Positions 36,201 to 50,112 of a DNA stretch of 64,000 nucleotides are shown in pieces (position 1 is the stretch's first letter; the number at the start of each line of letters is the position of its first letter). This DNA comes from Sphyrna mokarran. Its lineage: Eukaryota. The stretch covers positions 50,840,001 through 50,904,000 of the forward strand of contig JAGIQG010000012.1 in the NCBI GenBank assembly GCA_024679065.1, in the 5' to 3' direction. The translations under genes were made by a program, and so were the position numbers. Under the pieces are notes generated by a model, which saw only the letters and a list, made by a program, of their open reading frames with translations, made no database searches and had not been told where the DNA came from.

Positions 36201-37444
36201 GGATCCACGCTTGGCTATTATTGTGTGTCTTGGTGGCATCATCTAAAGGCATGGGATTATTCACCAGTCTGAATGATGTGTAATTCTCCCTGGTACTACT
36301 ACTGTATCTGATAACTTTTATGAAATCAAATTATTGGATAACAAGTGACAGATGACTCAACATTTTCTCTGTCACAAAATCTGTAGCCATCATTTTCAAT
36401 AGCTGAAATTAACTTTTTTCCTCTAACTCCAAATCAACCTTCCTGGTTACTAGCTTATGAATTCTGCTAATTCTTAATTTATTGAACTCTGGTCTGACTA
36501 GAGTTCATTCAAGGCCACCTATTCTTCAACCAGACTCCGCGAAATCCAAAATTGAGCTTCTAATCTCAATTCACCCACTCCCTATTTCTCACTGTGAAAC
36601 TCTCATCTCCACTTCTGGCATTCCTAGATATAGGGTAGAAATTTATCACTGCTACAAACAGCAAGCACCCAATTGGATTTGAACCCTCAGGACTATTATT
36701 TATTTCATATAAGTTCATTGAAGAGGTTGACATTTATCTTGTTTGAAAACTTAAGCTTATAAAAAGATTTATATATTGTGAAAATATTGGTCACTTGCTA
36801 CATGCAAATAAAAGTATTTTTGATGGTTGAAATTGTGGAATGAATAAAGCAAACACATCTCAATGTGTTTTAATCTGTAGAAGTTATAATCTGTTGAACT
36901 CCATAAGAACTTGCCTTTCCAATCAAAATAGGATGGCAGATGCAAAAACATGGGAGTTGTCAACTGATAGAATCTTAACTAATTGTTCAGTTTGACTGAT
37001 CCAGTTATTGACTGCCATTTCAAGCTGTTTGAAGCTTTAAAACTCTGGTTTTAATTGGCAAATTATAAAATCATTTTGAACAAGCAGTAAGCATCCTATT
37101 TGTTAGCCAAATATAAATAAATGTTTTTACTTTTTAATCAGATGAATTATGATTTAATATAAACTCCAAACCTTTGCATTTGATTGTTTCAAAGCGCAAA
37201 CTGAATCTTATTAAAGAACATCAAAAGATTTGACAATCCTTTCTCTTCTGTTGATATGATAATTATTTATATCAGAGATTCAATACATTATTTTTTCAAT
37301 ATTTGATGCTATAATGCAATGTAGAAAATATTTTCATGTACATTGAGGCCTTTGTAAATAGATTTAAACGGTTCAAATTTTCAGACTTGTCTGACTGGAC
37401 CTCTTTCCCTAACCCCCCTCTTCTTTCCTCTATGACACTCTTCA

Positions 37445-39300
37445 AAACACAAGAGCAGGAATAGATCATTCAAGTCCATTCTGCCATTCATTACAATCAT
37501 GACTGATCATCAGATTCACTACCCTAGTCCTGTCTTCCCTCCACATCCCTTGATCCCTTCTTGAAATCATGCAATGTTTTGGCCTGTGATCATGAATTCC
37601 ACAGATACAGGCTTTTCTGGATGAAGAATTTTCTCCTTGCCTGAGTCCTAAAAGGTTTATCCTTTATCCTCAAGCTATGACCTGTTGTTCTGGATTGCCC
37701 CACCATCAGGAACATTCCTTCTGAACCTAATCTGTCTAATCTATAAGAATTTTATAAGTTTCTCTGAGATCCCTGCTCAATCTTCTATACTCCAATGAAT
37801 ATTACCCTAAGTGTCTCGTATGACAGTTCTGCATTCAAGCAACGGCCTGATAAATGTTTCCTGCCCTCCCTCTATAGCAAGAATATCTTTCCTCAGATAA
37901 GGACACCAAAACTACACAAAGTACTTGTTCTGTGGCCTCACCAACGTCTTATACAATTGTAAAATATACCTATTTCTATTCACAAATCCTCTTGCAATAT
38001 ACAATTTGAGGCCTTTACTGCCTGCTGTCCCTGCACGCTTTCACTGACTGATGTACCCTGACTCCAATGTACACCCATTCAAATAATAATGTGCTTCTAT
38101 TTTTGCTTTTATCTCTGTGGCTTGGTGTCAAATGCTGCTTTAAAACATTTCTGTGAAGCACCTTAGATTTTATTACAATAAAACCAAGTGTTTTTGTTGA
38201 ATAAGTTAGGGCAAGTCAAATGTAAACCATTTGTCATCTTCAGAAGCCCTATAACATTTGACAGTGATTCAGATGTTTGTAGGCTTGCACTTAGAATCAT
38301 ACAGTTAGAAAGTCATTCAAACCACTTTGTCTGTGCCAGCGCTCTAAAAGAGCTATACAATTAGTCTCACTCCACTGCTTCTTCCCAATAATTCTGCATA
38401 ATTATCCTTTATTTATTCAAATCCCTTTTGTAAATTAAAATTAAAGCTACACTTTCAGGTATCGCTATACAGATTGTAACAACTCATTACAGAAAGAAAA
38501 GTTCTTTTAACTCCCTGTTGGAAATTTTTTGGTAAATATGTTGAATCTGTGTTGTTGGGGTATTAATGCTCCTGCCAATGTCGAGTGGAAAAGTTTGATT
38601 TCTCAATCAACATACTTCCTAATTTTGAACACACCTGTGAAATATCTGCTTAAGTTTCTTTATTACGGAGAGAACAATCTCAGCTTCTCTTATCTCTGCA
38701 TGTAACTGAAGTTCCTCATTCCTAGTATTATTCTGATAAATCACTATTGAATCTCTCCAAGGCCTTGACATTCTTTCTGTAGTTGAACACAAATATTCCA
38801 TTGAGACCTAATTTATTAAGGTCTTATTGGTTAAGTACTTACTCGTACTTTGTCTCTGCTAATAAGGCTGCAGTTCCTATGTTCTCTTAACATCAATGTC
38901 AACTTGTCCTGCCATCTTCAAAGATATGCATGTGAACTCCACGGTCTTCACTCCTGCAACCCTTTTAAAATTGTACATTTTAATTTATATTCCTGTCAAT
39001 TTTCCTTCCAAAATGAATCACTCTATTAAATTCTGTTTGCCATGTGTCTGCCCATTTTGCTAGCCTATGTCTTATTGAAATTTATTTCTACCCTCCGCTC
39101 CCATTGTCAATGCTTATTACATTATAAAAACTTTGAATTTATGCCACACATGCTGAAGGCGAGGTCGTTAATATATATTAAGAAGATCAATAGTACAAAT
39201 ATTGATCTCTGAAGATATCTCAGTATACTTGAAAAACAATTGTACTCCCTGCTTTGTACCTCAGCCAGGCTGCCACTGCTTCTTTATTCCCATGGCCTTC
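37445..39300 (-). mobile_element. Two adjacent old CR1 3' fragments (~37445-38110 and ~38290-39300)
   Basis: CR1-type tails (GAGCAGGAATAGATCATTCA; TAGAATCATACAG) and decayed LEYxVxFWxP-like coding remnants. Confidence 0.65.
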
Positions 39301-40151
39301 AATTTTGCTAGCAAAATTGATCATCCATATACATAATTAACCATACTACCTTCCCAGAGCAAATTTCAAAATGAAGGAGATTGTCCATTAACATCAGGCC
39401 AGGCTACTTGACCTACAAATTATTCAGAATATAAGTTTTTTGGGTGGGAATGGAATTATCCCAATTATCCTTCTGTTTGCTGACTGATAGTGGCTCCTAG
39501 TTACCTTGATTTTAAAATTTTCATCCTTGTTTTAGAATCTCTCCGGTCTTGCCTGCCCTATGTATTAAAAACTTGTTCAGCCCACAATCTTCCAAGATAT
39601 TTTTGAGCATGTTCAATATTAATTATGCCACTGTTCATGGCTGTGTCTGTGATTGCTTGGGCCTCTCACTCTGCGCATTTCTTCTTAAACTCTATCACTC
39701 CTCACTTTTTTCTTTAGGATGCTTCTCAAAAACCATTGATCAAACTTTCAGTCATCTGTCCAAATTTCTCTGTGGCTTGGTATTGTATTTTGTTCTGTAC
39801 TATGTAACACCTTGGGAAATTTTGTCAAAGGTGCTATATAAATACGAGTTATAACAGATAGTTGAGGCTCATGTGCTAACCACAGCATTCTCCCCAGGTC
39901 CTCCTACACTTGTACGTGAACTGCTTCAGTACCTGAGGAATTACAAATGGTGCTGAATCTTGTACAATAATTTGTGAACATCCCCATTCCTGATCTTGTA
40001 ATGGGAGGAAGGCCATTGATGAAACAGCTGAAGATGGTTGGGCATAGGATGAACTGCTATGATGATGAGTGAGCTCCAACCACCACAACTGTCTTTTTTT
40101 AGGCTACATGTGATTCCAACTAGGAAGGTTTCCTCCTTATTCCCACTGATA

Positions 40152-41250
40152 AGGTAGTGCGTGGTAGGTTGTTGCATAAAGTTAAATCTCAGATCATCTA
40201 GAGTGAGGTGTCTAAATGGATACAAAATTAACTTCTGGTTGGTTGCAGAGAGTTGTTTTTTAAATTGGAGGTCTGTGACCAGTGGTGTGCCTCAGGTATC
40301 AGTGCTGGGCCCACTATTTGTCATGTATATAAATGATTTGTATAAGAATATAGGGGGCATAGTTAGTAAATTTGCAGATGACACCAAGGTTGGTGGATAA
40401 TGGACAATGAAGAAAGCTATCTCCAATTGAAACAGGATCTTGATCAACTGGGCCAGTGGGCTGATGAATAGTAGTTGCAGTTTAATTTAGACAAATGCGA
40501 GTGGTGCATTTTGGTAAATTGAATCAGGGCAGGACTTACTCAGTTAATGGTAGGGCGTTGAGGTGTTACAGAAAAAAAGAGATCTAGGGGTATATCTTCA
40601 TTTCTCCTTGAAAGAGGATAGAGTGGTGAAGAAGGCATTTGGCATGCTTGATTTCATTGGTCAGAATATTGAACACAGGAGTTGGGACGCCTTGTTAAAG
40701 TTGTACAAGACATTGGTAAGACTACACTTGGAATACTGGGTGCAATTCTGGTCACCTTATTACAGAAAGGATATTATTAAACTAGAAAGGCTGCAAAAAA
40801 AAGATTTACTAGGATACTACTGGGACTTGGTGGATTGAGTTATAAGAAGAAGCTGAATAACTAAGACTTTTTTTCTGGAGTGTAGGAAGCTGAGGGGTGA
40901 TCTTAGAGGAATATAAAATAATGAGGGCATAGACAAGGCAGATAGTCAATATCTTTCCCCAAAAGTAGGGGAGTCTAAAACTATAGGGCATAGATTTAAG
41001 GTGAGAGGGGAGAGATACTAAAGAGTCCAGAGAGAGGTGGTGAATGTCTGGAATAAGCTACCAGAGGTCGTAGTAGTAGAGGGAGGTACAATTTTATCTT
41101 TTAAAAAGATTTATATAGTTACATGGGTATGATGGGTATAAAGTGATATGGGCCAAATGCAGGCAATTGGGATTAGCTTAGGGGTTTAAAAAAGAGTGGT
41201 ATGGACAAGTTGGGCCAAAGGGCCTTTTTCCTTGCTGTAAACCTCTATGC
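40152..41250 (+). mobile_element. 5'-truncated CR1 inserted in an older minus-strand LINE
   Basis: WRSVTSGVPQVSVLGPLF...[26 protein letters not shown]; tail GCTGTAAACCTCTATG. Confidence 0.9.
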
Positions 41251-44200
41251 CTTTTTGCTAGGGCTCCTTGATGCTACTTTGTCAAATACTGCCTTGATAG
41301 CAAGGGCAGTCACTTTCACCTTACCTCTGGAATTCACCACTTTTGTCCATGTTTGAACCAAGGCTGTAAGTAAGGCCCTGGCAAAACCCAAACTGAATAT
41401 CTATGCAGGTTATTGCTACATGGTAGTACTGTTGATGACCCCTATCGTTACTGCTGATGAAGCGGGTAGATTGATGGTGCAGGAATTTGCCTGGTTTTTG
41501 TGTACAGGACATATTTGGGCAATGTTCCATTCTTGTAGGTGTATTGGAACAGCTTGTCTTGAGATGTGGCAATTTCTGGAGCAGCCATTTTCAGGACAAT
41601 AGGTGAAATACTGTCAGAATCAATAGCCTTTATAAGAGTGCCTTCAGCTGTTTTTGATAACAAAAAGTGAATTGAATTGGTTTGCATTTCTGATGTTGAC
41701 TTCACTTCTCAGAAACTAAAAAACATTCTAAAGTTAGTATTTTAACCTCTCTAAGGAGCGATTCAAATACCACCCTTTTCAAGAATTGTGGTGTCTTTGT
41801 CTTGCTGCATCAGTTAACTATACCGAGACCAGATTTTTATTCACCCCCACCCCTGGCAGGTTCTGAGAGGGATGAAATTTCTTCACTGAATGTCACGCAT
41901 TTTTGGAAATTTCTGCTCCAGAATGTTGACAATAAGTATTTTCAAGACTGCCATCAATAGATGTTTTTTTACACCAAGGAAATTGAAAGATAGGACAGGA
42001 AAATAGAGTTGACTTGGATGTTCAGCAAACATCGAATGGTGGAACAGGCTCAGTAAGCTCTGTGGCAAATTAGAGCATGTTGATCTTAGGTAGCCTTGTA
42101 CAAGGGTGCAAAGTTCAATTCATAAGATCTTTTTGCCTTTGTTTTTCATTTGTGAACACAAGAAGCATCAGTGAAATAAGCCAAAGGTATAAAATATCAT
42201 TGGACTTTCCTTTTCATTACTTCAGGAATTTCAAATTCAGTTCGGAAGAATCAGAGTTGAAATCTGTCAACCTGAAGTACTTACAATTTAGGGATCAGAT
42301 GGATTTCCTTAGTGATAAAAATCACAAAAAATACACCATTATACGGAATAAATCCTGGGCAACCTAAGCAGTCCAAGGAAAGCTCTCCAAGTAAAAATGG
42401 CTAACCAATTGATTTTTTAAATTCATTCACAGTATATGGACCTCTCTGGGAAGGTCAGCATTTAAAAATCACCCCTAAATGTCATTCAGATGATAGTGAG
42501 CTGCCTTCTTGAATTAGTCTATTTATGCTCACTTCAAAACCAGGGAATTCTACCTGAGGTCACAGGACCTTTGTATGGTCTACCTCTCCACCAGCTACAA
42601 TTCCTGTGGTAGGTGGGATGGGATAATTCCAGCCATATTGTTCAATACTGAAACAGGTATTTCATTAATTACTGATATCCTTGTGTTTCGATATAAAAGA
42701 ATTCCTACAGTAACAATAACTCAGCTCTACTTTTGGAAAAAAAAAATGGTGCCAAAAAGAAAACATCATAAGCGTCAGCTCTCTCATTAATTTCCAAACT
42801 TGTGTGTTTAAAAGATTTTAAAATAATTTAGAATGGTTCACATAACACAAAAGATTGTCACAATAAACAAGAATAATTAATTGTTGTAATTTAATAATGA
42901 ATATTAGGCCACAAAACAATATTTCAACTTCATCTAGAGATCTGAAACAAATCTGAAAGGGAGGAATTAGTTGAGGTACATCTAACTTCCAGGACTAGCA
43001 TTATAACCAGTTAATACACAAATCTGAAGTCACTGTTTAGCCTGTTTCTAAACAAACTTTTTCACAATTACAAATTCAGTCCTTAAGTATAAGATTCATT
43101 TATCAATTTAAGTATTGTGGAAGAAATGCTATTTGATAAAAATGGGGTCTATCTTAACCATTTTACATGATGCAGTTCCATTATAAGGACAGATGCATCA
43201 TTGTCTTTTGTCAGTATTCCTTTTATCCAAAATTATGTTTAAAGTTCAATCATGGCTTGTATGCATAGCCAACAATATTGACGATTCCTAACTACTTGAA
43301 AGAAGGTGGTAGTAAACTATCTATCTTCTTGAACCGCTGAAGTTGTGTGATGATGGTACTCCAACAGTACTGTTAAGTGGAAAACTCTGGGATTTTGACC
43401 CAGTGATGATGAAGGAACAGCGTTATTGTGTATTACTTTGAGAGGAATTGGCCAATGGTGCTGTACCCATGCACTTTGATTGATTTAGATGCATGAATAA
43501 TTACTGAGATTTAGATCTTGTGTGTGTTCTTTAAATGTTATTGTTGATAATTAATAAGATACTATTGTGTTTACCAGAAATCAAACTTAAGCTGTTGTGG
43601 CTCTGTGTCCTGAATGCATATATCACGAAAAGTAAGGATCAAACCTTTAGGGTGGATGGAAAGCACTGCCCAGAGCTTTTTCTTCTTTTAAAAAAAATAC
43701 AAACTCTGAATGTGAAAAATCATTGGGCATTCTGATGCACTCCCAGTTCAAATACAGTGAAAGAGTGATGGAAAATCCAGAAATTAGGCCACAAGCTGGA
43801 CAATAGTTTTTACTGTCAGTTACAGCAAGGCCTCATTTGTGACAGAACTTCCATCATTTAACAAATTTCAGGTTGGTGTTGGAGAAGGACTGGAACTTCC
43901 CAGCCTGATGTGCTTTCATACCTAGTTTAACAGCAAGAGTCAGTGTATCCTGTAAAAGTGATGCCAGTGTAGCTGGTAAAGATACAGGCTTGGGTTCTCA
44001 TCTGAATTCCTGGGAAAAGAATTCTGGACAGGACTTTTTTCTCTGTCCCCTTTCGAAAGTGAACTGAGAAATTCCAATGAACCAGTATGGACAGGATGGG
44101 GTGATGGCACAAGTGTTACAAGTATAGCAACAGCCCTTTTCTGCCTCCTTCCTGCAAAGTGAGCAGTCATTTCTACATTCTACAGCTTCCCCAAACTAGC

Positions 44201-45685
44201 AGGAATCAGAAATAACCTCTAGTGCAGAGATGCCCACCTGGATTATCAAAAATAGGAACGTCCCCCAATGTAAGTGGGTTTTACAGTGCAGCAGACAAGG
44301 AAGTTTGAGGTCACAATCAGATTAATCCTCATCAAGTGGCAGAGCAGGCTCTGGAGGCCAAACTGCGTATTCTGCTCCTAATCCTTGTGCAGCAGGGTAA
44401 TCAGAGATAAGGGTGTATTCAGACCTATTGAAGGAGGCTGACTTCTGGGATTTTCCAATTGACGTGCAGGTTCCTGTGGCAGTATTAGAGTCAGTTTTTA
44501 CTTGACTGGAGGCAACTTCGAGCAACACTCTATTTTGAAAAGCTCCTTTCTATACTTGTTCACCATGTTATCCAGCTCCAATTTAAGCTCCAAGGCCTCT
44601 GATTACCCTCTTAGCTTCGAGCCTATCTGCCCATCTTTAACAGGGCAAACCTTCCTTCTGATTAAGTGGCCACTCTGGGAAAATTCACAGTGAATAGCAG
44701 TTGTCCCACACAGTACTGGCTTCTGACCCTTATTTGAACCTGAAGACTTAGTTTAGAAACTGGCAGAGAAAAAAAATCTATTTCTGAATCATAAAGTAGC
44801 TGTTATAAGAAGTGGATTCAATGCCAAGTTATTTATAGAAAAAAAGTCCATGAAAGGTGAAAGTGAGAGATAAAAAAGAAAACAAGTTTGTAAAAATTAT
44901 TTTCAAAAAAATTTCCAGTAATTAAAATCTGAAAGAACGAGAATCCACATGTGCAAAATCTCCCTTTCAGTGTCAGAGAGATTGTTTGAAACTAAGATTT
45001 CTCACTCATTAAAAATTTATTTACACTAGAATGGACAAAGCCCAAGCTTTTCACATAAGTGTAACAATTTCACACTGTGCCATATTTTACAATTCCGAAT
45101 TTCTCACCAAGATACCTTTCTCACATAGCTTCTGGAAGAGCAGAGCAATTCAGATAGCAACCTCCAGGTTTCCTTATTTTACTGCACACTTACTGTCACA
45201 CAAAGTTGCTGTCTGATTTATATCTATAATGGGCATCAACAGCCTTACTGCTAATTTTACCAAAAAATTTCAGTCAATCCTATTCTTGTAATATGCTCCA
45301 TTCCCAGTTAAGAGGTGTGTTTCAATGTATATCAGCTAATGTTACTCTTGAATGATGCACAATGGCTGTCCCTTCAAATAATGTCTAACCGATGTGCACT
45401 TGTACTCTACCTGCTGTAGTGCACTTGTAGATTCTGTACACCATTATTAGACAGATTATCCTGATACTTCTGATGTTCTAACTACACATTTCACTGAAAA
45501 TCTCCCTATCCCACATGTGGAAAAATCTCACCTTTTGTTACGTCTTAAGTATTATATCACAACAAGAGAAACAATACACTCAATAAATACTTCTTTAACA
45601 TAATTTCAGGTTAATAAATTTGCTGTAATAATACAGTATACTAATTGACTGGCATGAGGTACTTTGAAATTCAGATTCAAGATCA

Positions 45686-48600
45686 AAGAACAAAACAGCA
45701 CGGGAAACAGGCCCTTTGGCCCAACAAGCCCGCGCCGCCACCCCGATGTTCCCACCTCTACCCGCGATCCCTGTCCATGTTTATAGATCTATGGATTAAA
45801 AACCAAATTTGAGACAATTTAGGGAGAATTTGTTTTGCCAATTAGCCTAAGAGCACATCTTTGGGATGTGGGAGGAAACCAGAGCTCCCGGAGAAAACCC
45901 ACGCATGCACAGGGAGAATGTGCAAACTCCCACAGACACAGGCCCAAATCCATGTATCTGCACAGCACAGCGATAATCACTGAGTTGTCGTGTTGCCCAT
46001 CAGATGATCCAGGTCTATAAACATGGACAGGGATCGCATATAGAAGTGGGAACATCGAGGTGGCGGTGCGGGCTCATTGGGCCAAAGGGCCTGTTTCCCA
46101 TGCTGTTTTGTTCTTTGTTCTTTGTCAAGCATACACTAACGACGTGAAGCAGTAAGATACTCTCAAAAGATCCAAGAGCAGTCCTCTCATGACCCATCAC
46201 GTGTATGCTCCTTGTTAGACAACAAGGTGGACCAAAGTACTTGTAGGATAAAAACAAGTATATCAATATCATCATCTATTTACACACTTCCCAGGGACTC
46301 CCACGGCTCACGATCCCTATTTTAAATCAGTTTTCTATACCCCTCCATTCCCATTCTGTTCATGTGCCCATCTAAATATTTCTTAAATAACTCCAGAGTG
46401 CCTGCCTCCACCACTTTACCTGGCAGCGCATTCCATACCCCCACCATCCTCTGTGTGAAAAAACTCCCCCTAGCATCCAAATTATACCTTACCCACCTCA
46501 CCCTAAGCCCGTGACCCCTCGTGCTATTTGAGTCCATCCTAGGAAAAAGCTTAACCCTATTTACTCTATCTATCCTCTTCAAAATCTTGTACACTTCTAT
46601 CAGATCTCCTCTAAGTCTACGTCTTTCTAAGGAAAACAGTCCCAATTTGCCTAATCTCTCCTCGTAACTCAGACCTTCCATACCAAGCAGCATCCTGGTA
46701 AATCTCCTCTGCACTCTCTCCAGAGTCTCCACGTCCTTCCAATAGTAAGGCGACCAGAACTGGACGCAGTATTCCAAATGAGGTCTAACCAGCGTTTTAT
46801 ACAACTGCAACATTAAAGGCCAGCTCTTGTACTCTATACCCCTTCCTATAAAGGCTAGCATACTATATGCTTTTTTCACAACCTTCTCCACCTGCTCTGC
46901 CACCTTCAGAGACTTGTTCACCTGCACCCCCAGGTCCCTCTGCGTTTCTATACTCTTAATAGGTCTACCCTTTATCATATACCTCCCCCCTACATTCTTT
47001 CTCCCGAAATGCATCACCTCACATTTATCAGGATTGAATTCCATCTGCCATCTGTCTGCCCAAGCTACCAGCCTATCTATGTCCTGCTGCATCGCCTGAC
47101 AATGCTCCTCACTATCCGCAAGTCCAGCCATCTTTGTATCGTCTGCAAACTTGCTGATCCCTCTTCCAAGTCATTTATATATATTACAAATAGAAGAGGT
47201 CCCAGTACCGAGCCCTACGGCACACCACTAGTGACCGACCTCCAGCTAGAGAAACACCCTTCCACTATTACTCTCTGTCTCCTATTACCAAGCCAGTTAC
47301 TTATCCAACTAGCTACCTGTCCTTGTATCCCATTTGCCTTGACCTTCTCGACTAACCTCCCATGAGGGACTTTGTCAAATGCCTTACTAAAATCCATACA
47401 GACGGCATCAACGGCTCGCCCTTCGTCCACTGTTTTCATCACCTCCTCAAAAAATTCTACCAGATTCGTAAGGCATGACCTCCCCTTAACAAATCCATGC
47501 TGCATATCCCTAATCAGATCGCAATGCTCTAAGTGCCTATACATCCTATCTCTAAGAATCCCCTCCAACAGCTTCCCTACCACTGACGTCAAACTCACCG
47601 GCCTATAATTTCCAGGGTTATCCCTACTACCCTTTTTAAACAACGGCACAACATTAGCTATTCTCCAGTCCTCTGGGACCTCACCTGTGTCCAAAGAAGA
47701 GACAAAGATTTGCGTCAGAGGCCCAGCAATTTCACCTCGCACCTCCCTAAGCAGCCTGGGATAAATGCCATCAGGCCCTGGAGATTTATCAGTTTTAATG
47801 CTACCTAGAAGCTCTAACACTTCCTCCCTCGGTATGGATATTTCCCTCAACTGGTCCACAGCTCCCTCAGAGACAGGAGCTGTCAACAAGCCCCTCTCCT
47901 TCGTGAATACCGACGCAAAGTATTCATTCAGGATCTCTGCCATTCCCTCAGGCTCTAAGCACAGTTCCCCTCCTATGTCCCTAAGAGGTCCAATTTTTCC
48001 TCTAACCACCCTTTTATTCCTAACATAGGAGTAAAAAGCCTTTGGGTTTTTCTTAATCCTATCCGCCAAAATCATTTCATGCCCCCTTTTTGCCCTTCTA
48101 ACTCCCTGTTTGAGCTCCCTCCTACTCTCTGTATATTCCTTCAATGCTGTCTCAGTTCCCAGCTGCTTTGACGTATCCTACGCCTCTCTTTTCTTCCTAA
48201 CCAAGTCCTCAATATCCCTAGTAATCCACGGCTCTCTAATCCTACCTTTCCCATCTTTCCTCTTGGCCGGCACATACTTATCTTGCAACATTTTCAGTAT
48301 TCCCTTGAAAGAGTCCCACGTGCCGAGCGTGGACTTACCCTCAAACAACCATTCCCAATCAGTTTCCCTAAGTTGCTGCCTAATGTGACCGTAGTTAGCC
48401 TTCCCCCAATTCAGCACCCTGGCCCTAGGGCAACAAGCATCCTTTTCCATCTGTATCCTAAAGTAGACAGAATTGTGGTCACTGTTAGCCACATGTTCCC
48501 CCACTACAACATCAACCACCTGCCCTGGCTTGTTACTCAGAACTAAATCCTATATAGTCCCTTCTCTAGTTGGGCTAGCCACATACTGTTCCAATGATCC

Positions 48601-48735
48601 TTCCAGTACACATTTTACAAATTCCTGCCCATCCAAACCCCCAGCTCTAGGTACTTTCCAATCCACCCTAGGAGATTAAAATCTCCCACAATAACGACTC
48701 TGTTCTTTCTGCTCCTATCCAAAATGTCTTTACAA
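45686..48735 (-). mobile_element. Young 5'-truncated CR1 (~3.05 kb) with a V-SINE-containing 3' UTR (copy 3)
   Basis: long ORF2 blocks 48178-48519 (SDHN), 47215-48144 ([26 protein letters not shown]) and 46322-47131; only a few lesions (stop in GVP*GSVLG, short deletions around FADDTK). Confidence 0.96.
46014..46123 (+). mobile_element. ~110-bp 3' tail of the same CR1 family inserted antisense into the UTR of copy 3
   Basis: reverse complement of ~45686-45790; interrupts CCAGGTCAAGC, which is uninterrupted in copies 1 and 2. Confidence 0.88.
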
Positions 48736-49950
48736 GTAAGGGTAACATAAGTGCAATCCTTCTGCCCAATTCATAACACGCTGCTGACATTCAAGCAACA
48801 ATGTATCTATACTATTAAAAGAGTATTTAAAATCCAGAGTGGGATTGACAGAGATGTGTTTTAGAATTACAGAAAAAGATTCTTGTGCAAACTATTTTGT
48901 AACATATAATTCACTAAAGCCTATACAAAATCTAAATGAATGTACTATACATGGCTGTGAAAATATAAATATAAATCTCACACAGCATTCGTATGAAGTT
49001 GAGCACATTACATATGCAAAATCTCCTTGTAGCCTTGGATCCGACGTTAACTGCTCTAGTGCTGCTTACATTTGCAATACCATATGCTACATATCTTTAA
49101 TTAGTACACATTCCACTCTAACAATTGCTTAAAACCATCACAACCCCTAAAGTAGATCCAGCAGTCACACTTCTGTTATCAAATTACAGAAAGGAAATAT
49201 CTAATTAAAGTGGTGTTTAGAACTCCTATTTAATTCAAATTGACAGTGATGTGGGCTCAACTTAACTGTGCAATACGAGAAGTCACAAAGGACAATCCAA
49301 AAAACTATGACTGTAAACCACAGCTCAGAAATAGGTGTCACATGTAGCATTGAAAACACTAATTTTATAACTGAACTTTTCTTTTTCCAAAAAAAAAAGC
49401 ACCTTTACCGGATGATTCACTACCCTAAATTTGCACTGGCACATACAACATGTGAATTTCAACACAACCTGATTCTGATGTCAATAACTGATCAAGCAAC
49501 AATAAATAGGACAACAGCAGCATAATCATCACCTATTGAACTATGAAACTCTTAACCACCTAAATAACGTGGATTATGTGCCTTAAATCACTACATTATT
49601 AAACCATAGTGAACCACCATCTTAAAAGTGACAGAATTAGAAAGTAACTTTGCTGTTGGGGAGAGATGGCGAGCTACTTTGTTAGACAGCTTTGATTGAA
49701 GTCTAACAGCTCAGTAAACAAACACGTGAAAAGAAATCAAGACGACTTCCCAAAGGATCGAATCCGTCGGCTACATTTCATATTAATACCGACAACTATT
49801 CCCAAGTAATGTCTCTTTCCAAAGTTTGACACCTGCCAGAACTGAAAAAAGGCATAGTCTTCATGATCTCGAGCTCCACACCAACTTAAGTATCAACTGG
49901 GAAGGATTGGAACTGTATCCTCTCAAAGGCTCTTAAATTGGATCTTCAGT

Positions 49951-50112
49951 TTAACTCATTTGGTTCAGTTCCTGGGCCTTGCGTTTTTGTTGCCTCTTCT
50001 TAATTTTGATCATCCACTTAACACTCAACTTTGCAAACTCTGCTGCTTTGAACAAAGCCAAGAAGACACCGCACAGGATTGCAATTGTGTTCCATGGATT
50101 GGCTGTGATTAT
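49951..50112 (-). CDS. PACC1: Proton-activated chloride channel PACC1/TMEM206, terminal exon (TM2: IITANPWNTIAILCGVFLALFKAAEFAKLSVKWMIKIKKRQQKRKAQELNQMS*)
   Basis: minus-strand tttgcag|ATA ATC...TAA; TANPWNTIAxLCGxFLALFKAAEFAKLS is the diagnostic TMEM206 TM2. Confidence 0.96.
   Translation of the reverse strand: MITANPWNTIAILCGVFLALFKAAEFAKLSVKWMIKIKKRQQKRKAQELNQMS

Noticed and set aside
46322-48519. Intact autonomous reverse transcriptase gene
   Set aside because: 5'-truncated within the endonuclease, with an in-frame stop and deletions around the FADD motif; a non-functional copy.
46827-48679. Plus-strand ORFs antisense to CR1 ORF2 as novel proteins
   Set aside because: Shadow ORFs arising from the codon structure of the opposite-strand RT; no independent motifs.
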